Source of the DNA: Desulfovibrio sp.
GTDB taxonomy: Bacteria; Desulfobacterota; Desulfovibrionia; Desulfovibrionales; Desulfovibrionaceae
NCBI GenBank assembly: GCA_024692205.1
Contig: JAILMX010000214.1
Span: forward strand, 1,338-65,337
Direction of reading: 5' to 3'
DNA: 64,000 nucleotides
How positions within the stretch are numbered: the stretch's first letter is position 1; every line of letters starts with the position of its first letter. The position numbers and the translations under genes are program-made. Shown piece after piece: positions 55,538 through 64,000 of the stretch. Under the pieces are notes generated by a model. That model did not search any database, was not told the DNA's origin, and was given only the letters and a program-made list of their open reading frames with translations.

Positions 55538-55575
55538 GAGGTCCTTTCCCGAAAAGGGAAAGGACCTCATTTTTT
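55538..55575 (+). terminator. terminator/attenuator between dctP and dctQ
   Basis: Perfect 13-bp stem, GAGGTCCTTTCCC (55538-55550) with GGGAAAGGACCTC (55556-55568), 5-nt loop, then ATTTTTT. Confidence 0.8.
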
Positions 55576-55609
55576 AGGGCCCGCGATAAAGAGAACGTAC
55601 GAGGTTTGC

Positions 55610-56179
55610 ATGAGCAACGATCCCGCCCAAAACAGCTCCGACACCCCGATAAAAAAACAGGGCGAATCCGTCGGCGCATTTCTTTTTCAGCTGTTCTGCG
55701 CCGCCATCTTTCTGGGGATGATCGGCCTTGTCTCCTACAATGCCTTTCTGCGCTACGCCTTCGGCGACAGTTTTCCCCCCAGCGAAGAATGGGCGAGATT
55801 CCTCTTCATCTACGTCACTTTCTTCGGCGCCATTGAAGCCTTCTACCATCACAAGCACATTTCCGTCGACCTCGTCACGGACAGGCTGCACGGCGTACCC
55901 CGCAAAATCGTCGATATCTTCGCCATCCTCGTCAGCATGGCGGCGATGGGCCTTCTTCTCGCCGGCGGCATCCAGCACGTTCTGCAGACGGCCGACACCT
56001 ATTCCGTCACGACCGACATCAACATGACCTTCATCAATTCGGTGCTGCCCATCTGCGCCGCGGCCGCCATCATCTTCTTCCTGCGCGACCTCGTGAAGCT
56101 GCTCCGCACGCCTTCGGAAAAGGTCAATCCGAAGATGTCGCTGGAAGAAAAGATCAACAAGGTTCTGAAGGACATCTAG
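55610..56179 (+). CDS. dctQ: TRAP transporter small permease (DctQ family)
   Basis: Four-helix membrane protein of 189 aa between dctP and dctM. GAGG SD. Confidence 0.8.
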   Translation: MSNDPAQNSSDTPIKKQGESVGAFLFQLFCAAIFLGMIGLVSYNAFLRYAFGDSFPPSEEWARFLFIYVTFFGAIEAFYHHKHISVDLVTDRLHGVPRKIVDIFAILVSMAAMGLLLAGGIQHVLQTADTYSVTTDINMTFINSVLPICAAAAIIFFLRDLVKLLRTPSEKVNPKMSLEEKINKVLKDI

Positions 56180-56189
56180 GGGGACGATC

Positions 56190-57476
56190 ATGGAACTCGC
56201 CATCTTTCTCGGAACCCTGTTCTTCTTCATGGCCTTCGGCATACCGCTTGCCATAGTGCTCGTGCTGTGCGCCATCGTCCTCATGGCGCATTCCGGCATG
56301 TGGGATTCGATGATCATCCCGAACACAATGATCGACGCGGCCGACAACTATCCGCTCATGGCAATCCCCTTCTTCGTCTTCGCGGGCGAAATCATGGCGG
56401 CAGGCGGTCTTTCCAAGCGCGTCGTGGCCCTGGCCCAGCTTCTCGTCGGCAGAATACGCGGCGGTCTGGGCTATGCGGCCATCGTGTCCAGCATCATCTT
56501 CGCCGGTCTCATGGGCAGTTCCGTCGGCGAAGCTGCCGCCCTGGGCGGCCTTCTCCTACCCATGATGAAGCAGGTGGGCTATAACGACGGACGCGCCGGC
56601 GCCGTTATCGCCTCAGGCGCCATCCTGGGCCCCATCATCCCGCCGAGCACAAACTTCATCATCCTGGGCGCAACGATCAGCGGTCTTTCCATAACGAAGC
56701 TCTTCATGATTGGTCTCATGCCCGGCATCTTCATCGGCCTTGCGTTAATGCTGATCTGGTTCTTCATCGTCCGCATTGACAACTACAAGGACACGCACAC
56801 CTTCACCGCCAAGGAAGTCTTCCACATCGTGAAAGACTCCACACCGGCATTCCTGATGCCCGTGCTCCTGCTCGGCGGCATCCGTTTCGGCGTGTTCACT
56901 CCCACCGAGGGCGGCGCTTTCGCGGCGATCTACGCCATCCTGGTCTGCATGCTCTATTACCGTGAGCTTCCCTTGCGTGAACTCATCCGCGTGAGCGCGG
57001 TCGCCGCGCGCACGACGGCGGTCGTCATGTTCATCGTCGTAGCCGCCTCGGCAGTCGGCTGGTTCATCACCATCGCGCAGATACCGCAGCATGTCGTCTC
57101 GCTCTTCAGCCCGCTCATTGATTCGCCCAAGCTTCTGCTCTGCGCCATCATGCTCTTCCTCTTGGCGATGGGCATGATCATGGATCTGACGCCCAACGTG
57201 CTGATTTTCGCCCCTGTGTTTTATCCCCTGATTGAGCAGGCCCACATCGACCCGTACTACTTCGGCCTACTCTTCATCCTGAACCTCGGGATTGGCGTCA
57301 TCACCCCGCCCGTGGGTACGGTGCTTTACGTCATCAGCGGCATCGGCGAGATAAACTTCGCCAAGCTCGTGAAGAAAATGGCCCCGTTCCTTCTGGTGGA
57401 GATCACCATGCTCTTCATCCTTCTGTTCTTCCCCGACCTTTCCCTCACTCCAATGCACTGGCTGATGGGCGAATAG
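56190..57476 (+). CDS. dctM: TRAP transporter large permease (DctM family)
   Basis: 428-aa polytopic protein with DctM-type N-terminus (GIPLAIVL ... PLMAIPFFVFAGEIM). Confidence 0.9.
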   Translation: MELAIFLGTLFFFMAFGIPLAIVLVLCAIVLMAHSGMWDSMIIPNTMIDAADNYPLMAIPFFVFAGEIMAAGGLSKRVVALAQLLVGRIRGGLGYAAIVSSIIFAGLMGSSVGEAAALGGLLLPMMKQVGYNDGRAGAVIASGAILGPIIPPSTNFIILGATISGLSITKLFMIGLMPGIFIGLALMLIWFFIVRIDNYKDTHTFTAKEVFHIVKDSTPAFLMPVLLLGGIRFGVFTPTEGGAFAAIYAILVCMLYYRELPLRELIRVSAVAARTTAVVMFIVVAASAVGWFITIAQIPQHVVSLFSPLIDSPKLLLCAIMLFLLAMGMIMDLTPNVLIFAPVFYPLIEQAHIDPYYFGLLFILNLGIGVITPPVGTVLYVISGIGEINFAKLVKKMAPFLLVEITMLFILLFFPDLSLTPMHWLMGE

Positions 57477-57496
57477 AGAAGGAAGAAAAACGACTG

Positions 57497-57527
57497 AAAA
57501 GCCCCGGGTCTTGCGCCCGGGGCTTTT
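57497..57527 (+). terminator. Rho-independent terminator after dctM
   Basis: AAAAGCCCCGGG (57497-57508) pairs with CCCGGGGCTTTT (57516-57527), 7-nt loop. The T-run forms part of the 3' arm. Confidence 0.8.
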
Positions 57528-57585
57528 CAGCATTGCCTTCCGCAGACGAGTGGGATACTGTTCCGACGCATCGAGGAATTGTGAC

Positions 57586-58575
57586 ATGGACAGAATTCTT
57601 GCGCGCATACTTTCACGCCTCGCCGGCGCAACCGCCGACGCAACGGGTCCCAGCCCGCTTGTCAGCCGGGATGAAGCGGAAGCGATGGCAACGCTCCCGG
57701 CTTCATCCAATCTCGATCTCTTCGCAATCGCCGGCACAGTGCGCGCGGCCCGTGCCCCCGCCTTCTTCCGATGCGGCATCGTGAACGCGAAATCCGGCCT
57801 CTGCCCGGAGGACTGCGCCTTCTGCGCCCAATCTGCCCGTCACAAGACGGGTGTTGCCGTCTACCCTCTGCTCGACGATACCGCACTGCTGAACCACGCG
57901 CGCCTCGCCCATGATCACGGGGCCCAACGCTTCGGCATCGTCACAAGCGGCACGGCCCTACCTGAAAAGGATGTCGACGCCCTTTGCGCGGCAATCGAAA
58001 GGATACGGAAAGAGGTCGGCATAGGCATTTGCGGTTCTCTGGGCATGCTCACCCCTGAACGCGCCCGGCGCTTGCGTGATGCCGGCATGACACGCTACCA
58101 TCACAATCTGGAGACGGCGGAAAGCCATTTTCCGCGCATCTGCACCTCCCACTCCTACACGCAGGACAAGGAAAGCATACTTGCGGCCCAAGATGCCGGC
58201 ATGGAAACCTGCTGCGGGGGCATATTCGGCCTTGGTGAAAGCCCCCTGCAGCGTGTCGAAATGGCCTTCACCATAGCAGAGCTCAATGTGACGTCGATTC
58301 CGCTGAACCTGCTGATAGCCGTTCCCGGCACACGCCTTGAGGGGCAGCCGAAACTCAGGCCGGATGAAGCCCTGCGCGCCATAGCCCTCTTCAGAATCGT
58401 GAACCCGGACCGCGACATCCTGATAGCAGGGGGCCGCGAGCATGTGCTCGGGGCATGGCAAAGCTGGCTTTACGCCGCCGGAGCGAACGGCCTCATGGTG
58501 GGCGATTATCTCACCGCCTCCGGCTCTGAACTGGAAAACGACGAAACCATGCTCCGAACCTTGGGGCTTGCCTGA
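57586..58575 (+). CDS. bioB: biotin synthase
   Basis: Radical-SAM CPEDCAFCAQS and BioB-type downstream motifs (YHHNLET). ATG at 57586 with a GAGGAA SD. The track start 57511 lies inside the dctM terminator. Confidence 0.9.
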   Translation: MDRILARILSRLAGATADATGPSPLVSRDEAEAMATLPASSNLDLFAIAGTVRAARAPAFFRCGIVNAKSGLCPEDCAFCAQSARHKTGVAVYPLLDDTALLNHARLAHDHGAQRFGIVTSGTALPEKDVDALCAAIERIRKEVGIGICGSLGMLTPERARRLRDAGMTRYHHNLETAESHFPRICTSHSYTQDKESILAAQDAGMETCCGGIFGLGESPLQRVEMAFTIAELNVTSIPLNLLIAVPGTRLEGQPKLRPDEALRAIALFRIVNPDRDILIAGGREHVLGAWQSWLYAAGANGLMVGDYLTASGSELENDETMLRTLGLA

Positions 58576-60719
58576 TGCCCTGCGCTTTCTTCATAACGGG
58601 CACGGATACCGACGCGGGAAAAAGCGTTGTCACCGCGGGCCTTTTGCGCGCCCTCGCCGCAAAAGGTGTCCGCGCCCGCGCCGTCAAGCCCGTGCAGACG
58701 GGCTGCACGCCCCTGAACGGCCACTGTGAAGCGCCGGATGTCCAGCTGTATCGCAAGGCCGGGGGAGAGGGCAACGTATTGAAATCATTTGTCGCGCCCT
58801 GCTCCCCTCACCTGGCCGCGCGCCTTGAGAATGCGCGCCTTGATCTCGCGGAACTCGCGGAAGCCTGCCGCGCCGAGACCGCCGTGGGGGATCTCGTGCT
58901 TTTTGAAGGCGCAGGCGGCCTTTACGTGCCCCTCAATGAGCAAGACATGATGCTCGACCTGTTGCGCGAACTCAGGTTGCCGGCGGTTCTCATCATCGCC
59001 AACCGGCTCGGCTGCATCAATCATGCCATCCTTTCGCTCAACGCGCTCGAAAACGCCGGCCTTGACGCGGCGGGCATGGTCTTGTGCCGAACGCTGCCAC
59101 CCGACGCTCCCGACCCGGGCACCACCCCCGAGGCTGAAGCCGCCATCCTAGAAGAGAATTCCCTTTTTCTGAAGGACCTCGCCGAAAAACGGCGGGTTCC
59201 CTTTCTGGCGGACATTCCCTTCATCCCGAACTTTTCGCCGGAAGATCCGTCAGCATGGAACCGCCTCGGGGCGATGCTCATGCCGGCCGCGGAACGTCTC
59301 CTGCACCTGGCCGCATGCGATGCCGCCGGAAATATCCCTGAATCCGGAATCATTGCCCCCATGCCCCCGCGTGCTCTCTCGGCACGGGAAACTCTCGACT
59401 TCGACCGCACCCATCTGTGGCACCCGTACACGTCGGCCCTTGCCCCTCTGCCCGTACGCGAGGTGACAGGCACTTTAGGCACACGCATCTTCCTACGCGG
59501 CGGGCGGGAGCTTATTGACGGCATGTCGTCATGGTGGTGCGCCCTGCACGGCTACGGAAACAAGACGCTCGTCAAGGCTGCGCAACGACAGGCGGCGCGC
59601 TTTTCCCACGTCATGTTCGGCGGCCTCACGCATGCGCCTGCCGTCGAACTTGGCAGACGCCTCCTTCCCCTTCTGCCGAAGGGCCTCGCGCACATCTTCT
59701 ATGCGGATTCCGGCTCCGTCGCCGTTGAAGTTGCCATGAAAATGGCCATGCAGTTCTGGCGTTCGCGCGGCAATGCGGAAAAATGCCGCTTCGTCGCCCT
59801 GCGCGGTGCCTATCACGGCGACACGATCGGGGCGATGTCGCTCTGCGACCCCGTGACCGGCATGCACACGCTTTTCACGGGCCTCCTCCCCCGGCAGATC
59901 TTCGTGGAACGGCCGACCTGCCGTTTTCACGATGCCTATGATCCCCAAAGCTTCACCCCTATGGAACGGACCCTGAGGGAGCATGCCGCCGAGATCGCGG
60001 CCGTCGTCGTCGAACCGATCGTCCAGGGCGCCGGCGGCATGTGGTTCTATCACCCGCAGTATCTGCATTCTCTGCGCTGTCTCTGCGACGAGCTGGGCAT
60101 GCTTCTCATCGCCGATGAAATCGCCACGGGTTTCGGCAGGACGGGCAGGATGTTCGCCTGCGAATGGGCGGGGATCACGCCCGACATACTCTGCATGGGC
60201 AAGGCCATGACCGGCGGCATGATGACGTTCTCCGCCGTCGCCGCGACGACGACAACGGCGCGCGGCATATCCTCCGCGCCGCCAGAGAGGGGCGGCGGGC
60301 TGTTCATGCACGGTCCGACCTTCATGGCGAACCCCCTGGCCTGCGCCGTCGCCTGCGCGAGCATTGACACGCTGCTCGCCTCGTCCTGGCGTGACAGGGT
60401 TTCCGTCATCGAGCATTCCCTCTCCCAAGGGCTTGCCCCGTGCCGCGACCTTCCTGGCGTTGCCGACGTGCGAGTGCTCGGCGCCATCGGCGTCGTCGAG
60501 ACCGAACAAAGCGTCGATGTCGAGCGCTGGCAGGATTTTTTCGTGGCCTGCGGCGTCTGGATACGCCCGTTTGGGCATACGGTCTATGTCATGCCTCCGC
60601 TCATCGCCTCTCCGGCCGATTTGGATCGTCTCACGCAGGCGCTCTGCGCGGCAGTGCGTTCAGCGGCGCGTCACGGCGGCGCGCCGCAAATCGCAGACAT
60701 TCCCCCGTCCCTGTCTTGA
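58575..60719 (+). CDS. bioD-bioA: fused dethiobiotin synthetase (BioD) / adenosylmethionine-8-amino-7-oxononanoate aminotransferase (BioA)
   Basis: N-terminal BioD P-loop FFITGTDTDAGKS (residues approx 1-245). Approx 27-residue Ala/Pro-rich linker. BioA part begins THLWHPYTS and includes the class-III aminotransferase region LIADEIATGFGRTG. The ATG overlaps the bioB stop (TGATG). Confidence 0.85.
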   Translation: MPCAFFITGTDTDAGKSVVTAGLLRALAAKGVRARAVKPVQTGCTPLNGHCEAPDVQLYRKAGGEGNVLKSFVAPCSPHLAARLENARLDLAELAEACRAETAVGDLVLFEGAGGLYVPLNEQDMMLDLLRELRLPAVLIIANRLGCINHAILSLNALENAGLDAAGMVLCRTLPPDAPDPGTTPEAEAAILEENSLFLKDLAEKRRVPFLADIPFIPNFSPEDPSAWNRLGAMLMPAAERLLHLAACDAAGNIPESGIIAPMPPRALSARETLDFDRTHLWHPYTSALAPLPVREVTGTLGTRIFLRGGRELIDGMSSWWCALHGYGNKTLVKAAQRQAARFSHVMFGGLTHAPAVELGRRLLPLLPKGLAHIFYADSGSVAVEVAMKMAMQFWRSRGNAEKCRFVALRGAYHGDTIGAMSLCDPVTGMHTLFTGLLPRQIFVERPTCRFHDAYDPQSFTPMERTLREHAAEIAAVVVEPIVQGAGGMWFYHPQYLHSLRCLCDELGMLLIADEIATGFGRTGRMFACEWAGITPDILCMGKAMTGGMMTFSAVAATTTTARGISSAPPERGGGLFMHGPTFMANPLACAVACASIDTLLASSWRDRVSVIEHSLSQGLAPCRDLPGVADVRVLGAIGVVETEQSVDVERWQDFFVACGVWIRPFGHTVYVMPPLIASPADLDRLTQALCAAVRSAARHGGAPQIADIPPSLS

Positions 60720-60735
60720 AAATGATTGGCGAACA

Positions 60736-62637
60736 ATGATCCGCTACTCCCTGAAAATGCGCTCAAGCGCCGCATCAAAACACGTTTCCGGATCGGAAAA
60801 GATCGTCGAGGCCTCCGATGCTCCACGTTCCATAGCCGACCTGGTCGAACGAGGAATGACCCACCCCCGGGGGCCGGTGGATTTTCTAAGCATCAAGGTT
60901 GAACGTCTTCAAGACGAGGAAATCCGCTATCTGGATGCCCTGCCCGTCAGTACGATACAAACGAAAACCAGTCGCGAAGGCAGAGATGCCATGCGTACTT
61001 TCCTGCGGAATCTTGGCATCGCCTCGCCGGACAAGGTTCTGCGCGAGCTTGATGCCGCAAGCGGCATGCGGGGGGCGGTGCTGCTTGATGCGGATACGCT
61101 GGAGCATCTCGAGCCAGACCACGCCCGTGGCGTGCGCGCGACATGCATGGACAGGGAACGGGAATGCGACGAGCCCCCCTGCAAGTCCAAAAACCATTTC
61201 GTCGAGGCCCTTGTCCTCGCGACAAAGGTCGCTCATGCACCGCACATCATAGGCGAACTGTGCATCTCGGACGATCCGGATTACGTTACAGGCTATGCGG
61301 CATCGACAGCAGGGTATCGGCGCATCACCTGCGTCAAGGAGAAGGGCAGCGAGAACGGCGGGCGGATTTTTCTCTACCGGGGGGATCATGAGGGCGTTCC
61401 AGAGACCATCGACTATCTGGAGAGGCAAGCCGTCATCGTGCGGGGGGTGACGCCACTGAATGCTGACGCCCCGCTTCCCGACAAATGGAAATATCTCCGC
61501 GAAACGCTCGACGCCATGCGCTCGCAAGGCCTGTACCGCACCCTTCGACGCATGGATTCCGCGCAATCCTCGGAGGTTCTCTGCGACGGCCGCAAACGCA
61601 TCATGCTGGCCTCGAACCATTACCTTGACTTCTCTTCGGACGAACGCGTCCGAAGGGCCGCCGTCCAGGCGACGGAAACCTTCGGCGCGGGTTCCGGCGG
61701 CTCACGCCTGACGACGGGCAACGGCGTGTGGCACGAACGCCTCGAAAAGGCCCTCGCCGACTTCAAAGCCAGCGAATCGGCCCTTCTCTTCAACACGGGC
61801 TACGAAGCCAACCTCGGCGCCATCTCGGCCCTTATGGACAGGAGCTGCGTCATCTTCAGCGATGCGCTGAACCATGCGAGCATCATCGACGGCTGCCGCC
61901 TGAGCGGAGCCAGAATCGTCGTCTACCGCCATAACGACATGGAGGACTTGGCCCACGCCTTGCGTCGCACGCCATTCAAAAGAGGGCTCCTCGTCAGCGA
62001 TGCCGTCTTCAGCATGGGCGGCGACATTCTCGACCTGCCGTCTTTCGTCCGGCTCGCCGAAAAGTACGGTCTGCTCTCCATGGTGGACGAAGCCCATTCC
62101 ACAGGCGTCATCGGAAAGCATGGGCATGGCATCGTCGAGCATTTCAACGGCCAGGCGCGCCCGGACATCCTCATGGGCACACTCAGCAAATCCCTGGGAG
62201 CAGAAGGGGGCTTCATCTGCGGTCGGGAACTGCTCATCAACTATCTGCGCAACAAGTCACGCCCGTTCATCTTCTCAACATCCATGCCCCCAGCCACCGC
62301 GGCCTCAAGCCTTAAGGCGCTGGAACTGCTCCAAACCGAACCTGAACGGGTGCGAACTCTGCGCGACAACGTGCGCTTTTTCTGCGAGCGCCTGACGGAT
62401 GCCGGCCTGCCAACGCATTCTGAAACGGCCATCGTCCCCATAGCCGTCGGAGACGAGAAACGATCTCTCCGCGTGGCGGACGAACTCTGGCGACGGGGAA
62501 TCGTGCTTTCGGCCATACGCTATCCCACCGTAAGGCGGGGGGAAGCGAGGCTGCGCGCGGCTCTCATGTCGAGCCACACAAAAGCACAGCTCGCCTTTGC
62601 CTCAAAAACCATTGCGGACGTTCTCAGGGAACTCTAG
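60736..62637 (+). CDS. bioW-bioF: fused 6-carboxyhexanoate-CoA ligase (BioW) / 8-amino-7-oxononanoate synthase (BioF)
   Basis: N-terminal YSLKMRSS ... HVSGSEKI ... ELCISDDPDYVTGY matches BioW. From about residue 250, BioF motifs GLYRTL, GSGGSRLTTGN and PLP-lysine TLSKSLG. ATG at 60736; the track start 60364 overlaps bioA in another frame. Confidence 0.85.
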   Translation: MIRYSLKMRSSAASKHVSGSEKIVEASDAPRSIADLVERGMTHPRGPVDFLSIKVERLQDEEIRYLDALPVSTIQTKTSREGRDAMRTFLRNLGIASPDKVLRELDAASGMRGAVLLDADTLEHLEPDHARGVRATCMDRERECDEPPCKSKNHFVEALVLATKVAHAPHIIGELCISDDPDYVTGYAASTAGYRRITCVKEKGSENGGRIFLYRGDHEGVPETIDYLERQAVIVRGVTPLNADAPLPDKWKYLRETLDAMRSQGLYRTLRRMDSAQSSEVLCDGRKRIMLASNHYLDFSSDERVRRAAVQATETFGAGSGGSRLTTGNGVWHERLEKALADFKASESALLFNTGYEANLGAISALMDRSCVIFSDALNHASIIDGCRLSGARIVVYRHNDMEDLAHALRRTPFKRGLLVSDAVFSMGGDILDLPSFVRLAEKYGLLSMVDEAHSTGVIGKHGHGIVEHFNGQARPDILMGTLSKSLGAEGGFICGRELLINYLRNKSRPFIFSTSMPPATAASSLKALELLQTEPERVRTLRDNVRFFCERLTDAGLPTHSETAIVPIAVGDEKRSLRVADELWRRGIVLSAIRYPTVRRGEARLRAALMSSHTKAQLAFASKTIADVLREL

Positions 62638-62737
62638 GCCATCACATCCAAGCGCACGCCGTCCTTCTTCCGCTCTAAAGGCAGCGAATTTCTTTTTCCC
62701 ATGAGGGGTTCCACGTCGAACGACCGGCGGGAAAGGC

Positions 62738-62766
62738 TTGCCCTTGCGGGCATCTCCCTGTATAAT
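62738..62766 (+). promoter_or_regulatory. sigma-70 promoter of paaK
   Basis: TTGCCC (62738-62743), 17-nt spacer, consensus TATAAT (62761-62766), about 78 nt upstream of the start codon. Confidence 0.6.
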
Positions 62767-62843
62767 GACAAAATCGTCGTTTTTACCATTCCCGCTGCCA
62801 GCCAATCCAAACGATCATCCACATCTACGACAGGAGAGCCCCC

Positions 62844-64000
62844 GTGCTTATCAATCCCAAGATGGAGACATTGCCACGCGACGAGCTTGAAAGCCTTCAA
62901 CTGCGCCGCCTGCAAAACGTCTGCGCCCGTGTCTACGCAAACGTGCCCTTCTACCGGAAACGCTTCGACGAGGTCGGCATCAAACCCGACGACATCCACT
63001 CCCTTGACGATCTGAAACGCCTGCCCTTCACGGAAAAGCAGGATCTTCGCGACAACTTCCCCTTCGGCCTCTGCGCTGTGCCCCGTGAGCACATCACCCG
63101 CGTACAGGCTTCAAGCGGCACTACCGGCAAGGCGGTTGCGCTTTCCTACACGCAAAGGGACCTGGATAACTGGAAGGAATGCGCGGCCCGCGGCATGGCC
63201 TCTTGCGGCATCACCCGGCAGGACACGGTGCATGTGGCCTACGGCTACGGCCTTTTCACAGGCGGCCTCGGCATGCACGGCGGCGCTGATTACATCGGCG
63301 CTATGGTCGTACCGGCAAGCGGCGGCGCCACGCGCCGTCAGGTACACCTCCTGCAGGATTTCGGCTCTACCGTGCTCTGCTGCACGCCAAGTTTCGCCAT
63401 GCACCTCTATGAGGTCGGCATGGAAGAAGGCATTGATTTCAAAGAACTGCCCCTTCGGCTCGGCATCTTCGGCGCCGAACCGTGGAGCGAGGCCATGCGC
63501 CGCGAAATGGAGGAGAAGCTCGGCATCGACGCCATGAACGTCTACGGCCTCTCCGAAATCATGGGCCCCGGCGTCGCCATGGAGTGCATCCATGCAAAAC
63601 AGGGTCTGCATCTGTGGGAAGACCATTTCATTCCTGAAATCATCGACCCTGTAACCGGTGAGAATTTGCCTGCTGGTGAACAGGGAGAACTCGTCATCAC
63701 AACCATCACCAAGGAAGGAGTGCCGCTCATCCGTTACCGCACGCGCGATCTGACGAGCATCGACGACACGCCCTGCTCCTGCGGCCGAACCCACGTACGC
63801 ATCACCCGCATCGCAGGCCGTACGGACGACATGCTCATCATCCGCGGCGTGAACGTCTTCCCACAGCAGATTGAGGAAATACTGATGAGCAGCAAGGGGC
63901 TGAGCCCGAATTACCAGCTCATCATCGAACGCGAAAAAGACCTCGACACTCTTGAGGTACGCGTCGAGGTGAACAGCGACCTCTTCGCAGACGAAGTTCG
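62844..64000 (+). CDS. paaK: phenylacetate-CoA ligase (3' end outside window)
   Basis: Not in the ORF track because it has no stop in the window. My own translation from GTG 62844 (AGGAG 7 nt upstream; alternative ATG 62862) gives [75 protein letters not shown] ... [10 protein letters not shown] ... [11 protein letters not shown]. This is colinear with PaaK and stays open to nt 64000. Confidence 0.85.
   Translation, partial: MLINPKMETLPRDELESLQLRRLQNVCARVYANVPFYRKRFDEVGIKPDDIHSLDDLKRLPFTEKQDLRDNFPFGLCAVPREHITRVQASSGTTGKAVALSYTQRDLDNWKECAARGMASCGITRQDTVHVAYGYGLFTGGLGMHGGADYIGAMVVPASGGATRRQVHLLQDFGSTVLCCTPSFAMHLYEVGMEEGIDFKELPLRLGIFGAEPWSEAMRREMEEKLGIDAMNVYGLSEIMGPGVAMECIHAKQGLHLWEDHFIPEIIDPVTGENLPAGEQGELVITTITKEGVPLIRYRTRDLTSIDDTPCSCGRTHVRITRIAGRTDDMLIIRGVNVFPQQIEEILMSSKGLSPNYQLIIEREKDLDTLEVRVEVNSDLFADEV

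Noticed and set aside
57577-57597. Imperfect palindrome AATTGTGAC-ATG-GACAGAATT over the bioB start codon as a BirA-type operator.
   Set aside because: Only 7 of 9 arm positions pair. The half-sites do not resemble the TGTAAAC-type BirA consensus, and the position over the start codon is atypical.
1-64000. Search for CRISPR arrays, tandem or interspersed repeats, IS elements, integrases, tRNA, rRNA or tmRNA genes.
   Set aside because: Reading all intergenic regions longer than about 60 nt showed only hairpins and promoters. I saw no spaced direct repeats, no cloverleaf-compatible sequences, and no transposase- or integrase-like ORFs. A by-eye scan cannot exclude short dispersed repeats, so a self-dot-plot would be needed.

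Overview
Gene-dense, GC-rich chromosomal segment with about 48 protein-coding genes and short intergenic gaps. It looks like core genome of an anaerobic, sulfate-reducer-type deltaproteobacterium. The Desulfovibrionaceae-like assignment is an inference from a split-Soret-type dihaem cytochrome, hypDE, selA, queH, a Re-citrate-synthase/aconitase pair and three TRAP-type transporters. All product calls come from reading motifs in the supplied translations, not from database searches.

Content in order:
- GGDEF cyclase (5' partial), then a deoxyribosyltransferase-like gene paired with a membrane-protein gene.
- Thioesterase, mltA and a DUF853 ATPase.
- A tightly packed minus-strand block: rne-queH-folC-selA-M18 aminopeptidase.
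- A start/stop-overlapping plus-strand block: 5-formyl-THF cyclo-ligase, pgeF and a FecCD/ATPase pair.
- relA-yigZ-hypD-hypE.
- An orphan family-5 binding protein, a SWIM+SNF2 helicase, a TAXI-TRAP system and dnaE.
- A small AT-rich islet.
- A sigma-54 activator with a -24/-12 promoter and a large TPR protein.
- hrpB.
- An HxlR-linked redox/hydrolase module and a HAD phosphatase.
- Aconitase-family hydratase plus a Re-citrate-synthase-like enzyme.
- A YeiH-family transporter, a minimal FNT channel, a split-Soret-like cytochrome and metY.
- DctPQM.
- A biotin operon with two gene fusions (bioB, bioD-bioA, bioW-bioF).
- A 3'-truncated paaK that the ORF track does not list.

I found no rRNA, tRNA, CRISPR array, transposase, integrase, prophage or recognisable defence gene. 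I did not find a clear-cut new multi-gene system.

The best leads:
1. A sensor-less sigma-54 activator whose stop codon is followed 5 nt later by a near-consensus -24/-12 promoter driving an 848-aa secreted TPR protein.
2. A Re-citrate-synthase-like enzyme carrying a C-terminal Cache/PDC-like ligand-binding module.
3. A YeiH-family transporter with a roughly 150-aa Ala/Lys-rich insertion, an 86-aa partner protein, and a divergent minimal FNT channel behind a long leader.
4. The doubly fused BioW-route biotin operon.
5. An AT-rich islet encoding a secreted protein and a hydrophobic 31-aa micro-ORF.

The long antisense ORFs in the track are codon-phase shadows of the real genes.
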